In this document: positions 1 through 6,662 of the stretch, piece after piece
How the letters are laid out: each line of letters starts with the position of its first letter
Position numbering within the stretch: the stretch's first letter is position 1
From: Tubiluchus corallicola
Taxonomy: Eukaryota > Animalia > Priapulida
Assembly: GCA_030141605.1 (NCBI GenBank)
Contig: JAQGDQ010002234.1
Coordinates: 1 to 7,231 of the forward strand
Direction of reading: 5' to 3'
Length of the DNA: 7,231 nt
Program-made: the position numbers and the translations under genes
The notes under the pieces: model-generated
Database searches by the model: none
What the model was told of the DNA's origin: nothing
What the model saw: the letters and a program-made list of their open reading frames with translations, nothing else

Positions 1-523
1 TGCTGGACGCTTTGATGAATCATTGACCCTACCATACTGCCAGCTTTGCTTATTGCTCAGCAAACCCTGAATGCAAGACGCTGGACGCTTTGATAAATCA
101 TTGACCGTATCATACGGCCAGCCTTGCTTATTGCCCAGCAAACCCTGAGCGCAAGACGCTGGAAGCTTTGATGAATCATTGACCCTACCATACTGCCAGC
201 TTTGCTTATTGCTCAGCAAACCCTGAACGCAAGATGCTGGACGCTTTGATGAATCATTGACCCTACCATACTGCCAGCCTTGCTTATTGCCCAGCAAACC
301 CTGAACGCAAGACGCCGGATGCTTTGATGAATCATTGGTCGTATCGTTCTGCCAGCCTTGCTTATTGCCCAGCAAACCCTGAACGTAAGACGCCGGACAC
401 TTTGATGAATCATTGACCGTACCATACTGCCAGCCTTGCTTTCTGCCCAGCAAACCCTGAACGCAAGACGTTGGATGCTTTGATGAATCATTGGCCGTAC
501 CATACTGCCAGCCTTGCTTATTG
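1..523. repeat. 78-bp minisatellite, >=6.7 copies, truncated by the window edge
   Basis: TGAT(G/A)AATCATT recurs at 13, 91, 169, 247, 325, 403 and 481: an exact 78-bp period with substitutions only and no indels. Confidence 0.97.
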
Positions 524-604
524 CTGATAAAAATGTGAAATAGAATCCTTTCCGGTTTAAGAACTTTTGCTTCACACTGAAGGCTTGAGAGTATTTTATT
601 TTAG

Positions 605-690
605 GTTGACAGTTTTGGAGGCAAAGGAACTGGTGTCATCAGCAACTGGGATCAGATACCGAACAAATATATAAAACGCATTGTGCAAAG
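605..690 (+). CDS. Internal exon of a TTLL (tubulin-tyrosine ligase-like, TTLL4/5-like) gene: VDSFGGKGTGVISNWDQIPNKYIKRIVQ(R)
   Basis: Acceptor tattttattttAG (603-604) and donor AG|GTGAGA (691); phase 0 to phase 2. The peptide resembles the TTLL glycine-rich loop through the VQRY segment (TTLL4-type xxSARGxGIxVIxxWxQxP...VQRY, from memory). It joins exon 2050 in frame (AG|A = Arg). Confidence 0.88.
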
Positions 691-929
691 GTGAGACTTT
701 AACTGTGTGGTCACTACATTTTTGCTTATAGGTTTCTCAAATGACGTGGATTATAAAATGTAAATGTGTCATCAGCATATTTTAAATCAAAAAGTACTGA
801 AATGTTTTGCATTTCTGGTGGCTTACAATGCAAACAATACAAGAGTATAAACAGAAATGAAACAGTTTGTTGAATTATTTTAGCACTTAGAAATCTTAAG
901 ATAGTTTGATAGATAGGTTATATATTAGA

Positions 930-1460
930 TTCTAGTCTTCTCCATGCTCCTAATGTTGGTTTAACATATTAACACGACATGCGGGGCTTCTTAACTCCTT
1001 CCTTCTAGTCTTCTCCACGCTCCTGATGTTGGTTTAACATACTGACACGACATGGGAGGCTTCTTAACTCCTTCCTTCTAGTGTTCTCCATGCTCCTGAT
1101 GTTGGTTTAACATATTAACACTACATGCGGGGCTTCTTAACTCCTTCCTTCTAGTCTTCTCCACGCTCCTGATGTTGGTTTAACATACTGACACGACATG
1201 GGAGGCTTCTTAACTCCTTCCTTCTAGTCTTCTCCACGCTCCTGATGTTGGTTTAACATACTGACACGACATGGGAGGCTTCTTAACTCCTTCCTTCTAG
1301 TCTTCTCCACGCTCCTGATGTTGGTTTAACATACTGACACGACATGGGAGGCTTCTTAACTCCTTCCTTCTAGTCTTCTCCACGCTCCTAATGTTAGTTT
1401 AACATACTGACACGACATGGGAGGCTTCTTAACTCCTTCCTTCTAGTCTTCTCCACGCTC
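930..1460. repeat. 73-bp minisatellite, ~7.3 copies, intronic
   Basis: TCTAGT recurs at 931, 1004, 1077, 1150, 1223, 1296, 1369 and 1442. Unit: ttctagtcttctccacgctcctgatgttggtttaacatactgacacgacatgggaggcttcttaactccttcc. Confidence 0.97.
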
Positions 1461-1726
1461 GGCGCTGCGCACCTGACAAAAAGGCGCCGTTGCCAATCTT
1501 AGTAGATTCACATAGCCTCGCGTTGCTTTGAAAGTTTAATGAAATTTGAGTATCCGAGGTAATTATTATTTAATGTAAGCTTTGATTTAAAAAAAGCAAT
1601 TGTAGTTTTCAATATTTTAGAGCATTCTTTATTCTGAACTCGTGTTTACACAATCATCCGGTTTTCCATTAACGTTGGGCTACATAATAGCCAGTTAGCT
1701 ATGCTAATAGATTGCATGTAGGCCTT

Positions 1727-1768
1727 GTGTGTGTGTGTGCGTGCGTGTGCGTGCATGTGTGTGTGTGT
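1727..1768. repeat. Imperfect (GT)n/(GTGC) microsatellite
   Basis: tgtgtgtgtgtgtgcgtgcgtgtgcgtgcatgtgtgtgtgtg. Confidence 0.9.
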
Positions 1769-2049
1769 AAATATATATGTAAATATTAGTACTTTTTTCC
1801 ACTAACCCGCTCACAAATTATCACTAATATTAATTTATTTACTAAATTCGCTAACAATATAAAGTTTACATTTATTTAATAAATTGTACGAAATAAAAAA
1901 TAATATATACATGTATTAGTATATTTAATAAATCTAATAGCAATTGACCATCAATCAACCATACTTCTCTGTTGACCACGCAAGCTCGTATTTTAGTGGA
2001 TGCCAATTTTCTGTACGTAATTAATATTACAAATAAAAAAATATTTCAG

Positions 2050-2178
2050 ATACATAGAGAACCCATTGCTTATTGACGGATTCAAATTTCACATTAGAGC
2101 CTACGTCTGTGTCACGTCGATTGAACCGTTGAGAATTTATCTCCATGAGGAAGGGAAGGTCCTTTTTGCTACTGAAAA
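2050..2178 (+). CDS. Internal exon of the TTLL gene: (R)[42 protein letters not shown](K)
   Basis: Acceptor atatttcAG (2048-2049) and donor AA|GTACGT (2179); 129 nt, phase 2-2. Clear match to the TTLL core motif YIxxPLLIDGxKFDLRxYVxVTSxxPLRIYxxxEGLxRFATxKY. Confidence 0.95.
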
Positions 2179-2251
2179 GTACGTATTGAAGAAGAAGCAT
2201 TGAATTAACAAGTACATGTCTATTTGCAAATTTTGCGTAAAGCAGTGCCAA

Positions 2252-2275
2252 CTGCTGCTGCTGCTGCTGCTGCTG
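2252..2275. repeat. (CTG)8 microsatellite
   Basis: Eight consecutive ctg units that run directly into the 49-bp repeat. Confidence 0.9.
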
Positions 2276-2420
2276 TCGCCCAGCGTCTACTGTAGTTCTG
2301 TTTTGATGATAACTGTAAATGCTGTCGCCCAGCGTCTACTGTAGTTCTGTTTTGATGACAACTGTAAATGCTGTCGCCCAGCGTCTACTGTAGTTCTGTT
2401 TTGATGATAACTGTAAATGC
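2271..2420. repeat. 49-bp tandem repeat, 3 copies
   Basis: tgctgtcgcccagcgtctactgtagttctgttttgatga(t/c)aactgtaaa at 2271, 2320 and 2369, with a single substitution among the copies. Confidence 0.96.
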
Positions 2421-3278
2421 CGTTGTCTGGAATAAATACGTTTCAAGGACAAGAAAAGGGGAACCTGAAGTAGGTTTCACACAAATCGCTTTAAAAGTTT
2501 ATGCTACTTTACTGCAATTTTATGTATGTCGTACTCGCATTGAAAAGATTGTTCGTTTTCATTCCGCAATACTGTTTTGAAGTTACCATTACATGACGTC
2601 ATATACGCACAACGTAAATCAGAAAAAGAAAAAGAAAAAAAGAAAAAATAATTTCCTTAAAAAAACTTCCCATACAAATCTATGTTGGTTAGCATTTCAC
2701 GTACCTGCTGGAAAGATTTTAATAAGCACAAATAATAATTTAAAATGTTTGTGCCAATTGTTAAAATGTTGCTAACTCACCCTCCAGGGTGCGCCACTCA
2801 CAAGCCAGAAACGTATTTTTAATCTTTTTGACAAGATAGAGTAATTTTAAATTTTATTTAGTCAGTAACGTGTCTGCTACGAAAGCTCTGATTATTTTTT
2901 CAAATTTTACGCAATATTATCTAAATTTGCTGCAACGACTTACCGTTAAAATGGCTGCGCCTAACTTTCAAGTTTTATACAGCGTTACTGCAAATACAAG
3001 CTCTGTGCGCAACAAGGCCAAACGCAGGGGATACAAAATTTCTAGACACCTTTTTCGGGTATTGTGCTCTAAGGAATTACGTTTTGGTTCCATAAGATCA
3101 ATTCTCATTAATAGAGATTCATTTAATTAAATGTAGCTTTGGAACTCAAGGCAAAGCAATGCTGTTTCTTGTACCAAGTGTTTCCCGTTTTTGGCTGTAC
3201 AGTAATAAAGTTGTCATCAAATACTAATCAACTCCAGACGTACGTCTATAATAATTACTCTAATGCTTATTATTGCAG

Positions 3279-3401
3279 ATATTCTACAAATCTTGAAGAG
3301 CAAAATAACATGTTGATTCACCTTACAAACAAATACATCAGTGTTAGGAGTAAACGACCGAAACAACAATTTCGTTTGTTTCCACTCGATAAGTACGCAT
3401 G
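3279..3401 (+). CDS. Internal exon of the TTLL gene: (K)YSTNLEEQNNMLIHLTNKYISVRSKRPKQQFRLFPLDKYA(W)
   Basis: Acceptor tattattgcAG (3277-3278) and donor TG|GTAAGT (3402); a weaker same-phase alternative AA|GTACGC lies at 3393. Contains the TTLL HLTN motif, is in frame with the previous exon (AA|A = Lys of ATEKY), and ends at the position of the conserved Trp. Confidence 0.88.
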
Positions 3402-4480
3402 GTAAGTTGGTTTTGTACTTTTTCCCTTCACTGTTTCATGAGTGGTAATTTGGTTTCATACATTTTCCTTTCACTGTTTCATGCACGGTAATTTGGTTTC
3501 CTACTTTTTCTTTTCAGTGTTTCATTTGTAGTAATTTGGTTTCGTAGTTTTTGCTTTTACTGTTTCATGAGTAGTAATTTGGTTTCGTACTTTTTCCTTT
3601 CACTGTTGCATGAGTAGTAATTTGGTTTCGTAGTTTTTGCTTTCACTGTTGCATGCATGGTAAGTTGGTTTCGTAGTTTTTTCTTTCAGTATTGCATGCA
3701 TGGTAAGTTGGTTTCGTAGTTTTTGCTTTCACTGTTGCATGCATGGTAAGTTGGTTTCGTAGTTTTTTCTTTCAGTATTGCATGCATGGTAAGTTGGTTT
3801 CGTAGTTTTTGCTTTCACTGTTGCATGCATGGTAAGTTGGTTTCGTAGTTTTTCCTTTCACTGTTTCATGCATGGTAAGTTGGTTTCGTAGTTTTTGCTT
3901 TCACTGTTTCATGCATGGTAAGTTGGTTTCGTAGTTTTTTCTTTCAGTATTGCATGCATGGTAAGTTGGTTTCGTAGTTTTTGCTTTCACTGTTTCATGC
4001 ATGGTAAGTTGGTTTCGTAGTTTTTTCTTTCAGTATTGCATGCATGGTAAGTTGGTTTCGTAGTTTTTGCTTTCACTGTTGCATGCATGGTAAGTTGGTT
4101 TCGTAGTTTTTGCTTTCACTGTTGCATGCATGGTAAGCTGGTTTCGTAGCTTTTGCTTTCACTGTTTCATGCATGGTAAGTTGGTTTCGTAGTTTTTGCT
4201 TTCGCTGTTGCATGCATGGTAAGTTGGTTTCGTAGTTTTTTCTTTCAGTGTTGCATGCATGGTAAGCTGGTTTCGTAGCTTTTGCTTTCACTGTTGCATG
4301 CATGGTAAGCTGGTTTCGTAGCTTTTGCTTTCACTGTTGCATGCATGGTAAGTTGGTTTCGTAGTTTTTGCTTTCAGTGTTGCATGCATGGTAAGTTGGT
4401 TTCGTAGTTTTTGCTTTCACTGTTGCATGCATGGTAAGTTGGTTTCGTACTTTTTCCTTTCAGTGTTTCATGAGTGGTAA
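3397..4480. repeat. 43-bp minisatellite, ~25 copies, starting at the TTLL exon donor site
   Basis: GTAA recurs at exactly 3402+43k for k=0..25. Consensus: gtaagttggtttcgtagtttttgctttcactgttgcatgcatg. Confidence 0.98.
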
Positions 4481-4734
4481 TAGGTAAGTAGGCGAGTAGG
4501 TAGGTAGGTACGTGTTTAGGTAAGTAGGCGAGTAGGTAGGTAGGTAGGTAGGTGTTTAGGTAAGTAGGCGAGTAGGTAGGTAGGTAGGTACGTGTTTAGG
4601 TAAGTAGGCGAGTAGGTAGGTAGGTAGGTAGGTAGGTACGTGTTTAGGTAAGTAGGCGAGTAGGTAGGTAGGTAGGTACGTGTTTAGGTAAGTAGGCGAG
4701 CGAGTAGGTAGGTAGGTAGGTACGTGTTTAGGTA
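4481..4734. repeat. Compound (TAGG)n-based repeat, ~6 units of 36-48 bp (taggtaagtaggcgag(tagg)n tacgtgtt)
   Basis: AGGTAAGTAGGCGAG at 4482, 4518, 4558, 4598, 4646 and 4686, with a variable number of TAGG units. Confidence 0.95.
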
Positions 4735-4787
4735 GAAACAGACAGCGAAAGGGTGAAGTAGAGAGAAACAGAACTGCGTGACAAAGA

Positions 4788-4818
<31 letters not shown>

Positions 4819-4947
4819 AAGAGAGAGAGAGAACGAGAGAGAGAGAGAGTTGGAAAATGAGAGAGAAAGAAACAACAGAAAGAAGAAACAGACAGTGAAA
4901 GGGTGAAGTAAAGACAAACAGAACTGGATGAATATGCGTGAGAAAGA

Positions 4948-4990
<43 letters not shown>

Positions 4991-4991
4991 A

Positions 4992-5069
<78 letters not shown>

Positions 5070-5075
5070 TTGGTT
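4735..5075. repeat. Two (GA)n/(GAAA) microsatellite tracts within a diverged ~150-bp tandem duplication
   Basis: gaaacagacag(c/t)gaaagggtgaagta..aaacagaactg..gcgtga(c/g)aaagaa(ga)n..gagttgg occurs at ~4735-4853 and again at ~4885-5072. Confidence 0.9.
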
Positions 5076-5209
5076 GGGAAAGGAAGTGAAGAAGAGACAG
5101 ACAGGGAGAAAAACACTAGGATGAGTGAAATAGATGAAAGAGAAGAAAAATAGACAGAAGACATGTTTAGTGTATTGAGACACGAAATGCATTAACACTC
5201 TACACTTAC

Positions 5210-5300
5210 ATTGTAAAGTCCATAAACGAATGGATTAACACAGGAATTGCTCATAGCCAACCAATTACAACAGAACCAGATGATGTTAATGTATTTGTAC
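5210..5300 (-). CDS. Lkr: Internal exon of a rhodopsin-family neuropeptide GPCR (leucokinin/lymnokinin receptor-like), ECL3-TM7: (x)YKYINIIWFCCNWLAMSNSCVNPFVYGLYN
   Basis: On the minus strand: acceptor gattatttttcAG (5302-5301) and donor AAT|GTAAGT (5209-5204); 91 nt = 1 nt + 30 codons. Contains NPxxY and the WLAMSNSC motif of tachykinin/leucokinin/RYamide-type receptors; YINIIWF is recognised as leucokinin-receptor-like. GPCR identity is firmer than the exact ortholog assignment. Confidence 0.9.
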
Positions 5301-6079
5301 CTGAAAAATAATCACCGTTCATAAATTATTCACACGTAAATTAAATGAAAAATGTGCAGTCGAAAATAACACCTCCTCCTGGTGAAAATGTTACGCTGAT
5401 GGACGAGGTATCAATCTAATAACGTTTGCTAATGGCTCCCTCTTGACTGGGAAAAATCCCCCGGGAATGGCAAACGAATTTATCATAATAATTATTGTAA
5501 AAAAGTCGACAATGCGCTGCAAGGAAGATGTTGAATTGTGATGGATTTGCGAGCGAAGCCATCGATTAATAATGAAGCCAGTTTGAAACTACTGTCCGGG
5601 AAAATTGGAGAAACGGGAAAAATGGGAAAAATTTTAGAATATTCAAGAAAAAACAATAAGTTTTTTTGGTGTGTTAGTCTCGTACTATGTAACAATTATT
5701 GCATAATGAGTTCCTATCGTAAATTTATTTAGCTCTTATAGCAAAAACCAGGATCCAATCTTAAACTGCAGGTCAAAACAATCTACTCTTTAAAATACTG
5801 AAAGGAATACTATTTTTTTCAAAAATGACTTACGTGAAACAATTATTACCACACAAACACAATTTCACGTGGAGCGTTTTCTTGGGCTTCAAATAATCAT
5901 AAGAATTCAAATTTAAGAAGAAAGCCATGAAGTTAAAATATGAGGCATGTAGTGGGTGCATAAGCCCTTTTTTGGTTTTAATTTACTTCTGAATTACTGC
6001 CAGGGTGCTGCCACCTGTCTGTTTATTTAGTAGGCATTTAGCTTTTTACAGTAGTCACTCTTTTAAAATTGAAGCACCT

Positions 6080-6090
6080 AATATGCTTCA
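6080..6090 (+). repeat. Left target-site duplication of the SINE
   Basis: AATATGCTTCA, 10/11 identical to 6652-6662. Confidence 0.75.
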
Positions 6091-6209
6091 TATACGGCCA
6101 AATCACGTTGAAAACACCGGTTCTCGTCTGATCACCGAAGTTCAGCAACGTAGAGCCTGGTTATTACTTGGATGGGTGACCGCCTAGGAATACCAGGTGC
6201 TGTAGGCTT
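6090..6209 (+). rRNA. 5S rRNA: 5S rRNA-derived sequence (~120 nt); probably the SINE head/pseudogene rather than a functional 5S gene
   Basis: tacggccaaatcacgttgaaaacaccggttctcgtctgatcaccgaagttcagcaacgtagagcctggttattacttggatgggtgaccgcctaggaataccaggtgctgtaggctt matches metazoan 5S end to end. The 5' end is altered, there are a few substitutions at usually conserved sites (ttaTtac, cctAgg), and there is no oligo-T terminator after +120. Confidence 0.93.
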
Positions 6210-6651
6210 GCGGGATGCCCACACTGTATCTCGACACTAGGCGGAGGAGCTGCACAAGCAGCCAACGGCTAGAGGGCGGAGGAGGTCAAGTGACCCAATG
6301 GCCATGTGTAGAGGAGTAAACCTTCCAAATCAGGAGTGGAGCCCCGAAGGTGGACCAGTGCAGCATGCTCACTGACTCCGGCAGCTCCTGCAGCCAACCT
6401 GGTGCCAAACGTATCGCTCCGCTTTCCTTTGGACTACACCAGGGAGGAAGAGAGGGGGTTCCTGTTGTCTGGGCAACTCAGGATCTCCATACACCTTGCC
6501 CAGGCGTGCGCCCTGGAGAGGCCACTCCAGTGGTTCAAGGATCGCACTGCTCAGCCACAGTCGACGCTGCAGCTCCATCAATGTGATCAATAACTGACTC
6601 TCTTGGCGCACACTCCATTGTCTTCCAAGACAGAAGGATGCCAACAACAAC
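6091..6651 (+). mobile_element. 5S rRNA-derived SINE (SINE3 class) with RTE-LINE-like body and tail
   Basis: 5S head, then ~440 bp of GC-rich body contrasting with AT-rich flanks, a 3' hairpin TGTCTT-CC-AAGACA (6619-6632), and GGATGC(CAA)n tail. Flanking direct repeats AATATGCTTCA (6080-6090) and AATATCCTTCA (6652-6662). The RTE-like assignment is from recalled similarity and needs a Dfam/Repbase search. Confidence 0.85.
6139..6186 (+). promoter_or_regulatory. Pol III type-1 internal control region (box A ~6139-6153, intermediate element, box C ~6169-6186)
   Basis: Positions +50 to +97 of the 5S sequence: AGTTCAGCAACGTAG ... TGGATGGGTGACCGCCT. Confidence 0.7.
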
Positions 6652-6662
6652 AATATCCTTCA
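6652..6662 (+). repeat. Right target-site duplication of the SINE
   Basis: AATATCCTTCA immediately after the (CAA)n tail. Confidence 0.75.

Noticed and set aside
13-527. TGATGA...CTGA in most 78-bp units as a tandem box C/D snoRNA array in the TTLL intron
   Set aside because: The C box lacks the leading purine, there is no terminal stem flanking the boxes, I recognise no rRNA/snRNA guide complement, and the units are head-to-tail without spacers. A snoscan/Infernal hit would change this.
213-575. ORF-track 120-aa minus-strand ORF with 26-aa repeats
   Set aside because: It is a translation of the 78-bp minisatellite with no ATG at the called start, and TGA stops recur in other units of this frame.
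930-1460. Hammerhead-ribozyme satellite (CTGATG motif in the unit)
   Set aside because: The core is CTGATGT rather than CUGANGA, and there is no GAAA partner in the unit.
2027-2251. Minus-strand 74-aa ORF
   Set aside because: Antisense shadow of the TTLL exon at 2050-2178.
3397-4480. CRISPR-like appearance of the regular arrays (also 1-523 and 930-1460)
   Set aside because: Units are contiguous with no unique spacers, there are no cas genes, and the context is a eukaryotic spliced gene.
4073-5198. ORF-track proteins 4073-4303, 4556-5164, 4684-4917, 4728-5198 and 4938-5153
   Set aside because: Low-complexity translations of the 43-bp, (TAGG)n and (GA)n repeats.
5423-5635. Short imperfect inverted repeat (cgtttgcta/tggcaaacg) and GGGAAAA motif cluster as a MITE remnant or NF-kB-like sites
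   Set aside because: Too short, and no second terminus or TSD could be defined.
6090-6209. Functional stand-alone 5S rRNA gene
   Set aside because: Single copy, altered 5' end, no T-run terminator, and fused to a body bounded by TSDs.
6005-6653. Short ORFs over the 5S head and the GC-rich body
   Set aside because: Chance ORFs within a non-coding SINE, with no RT or endonuclease motifs.
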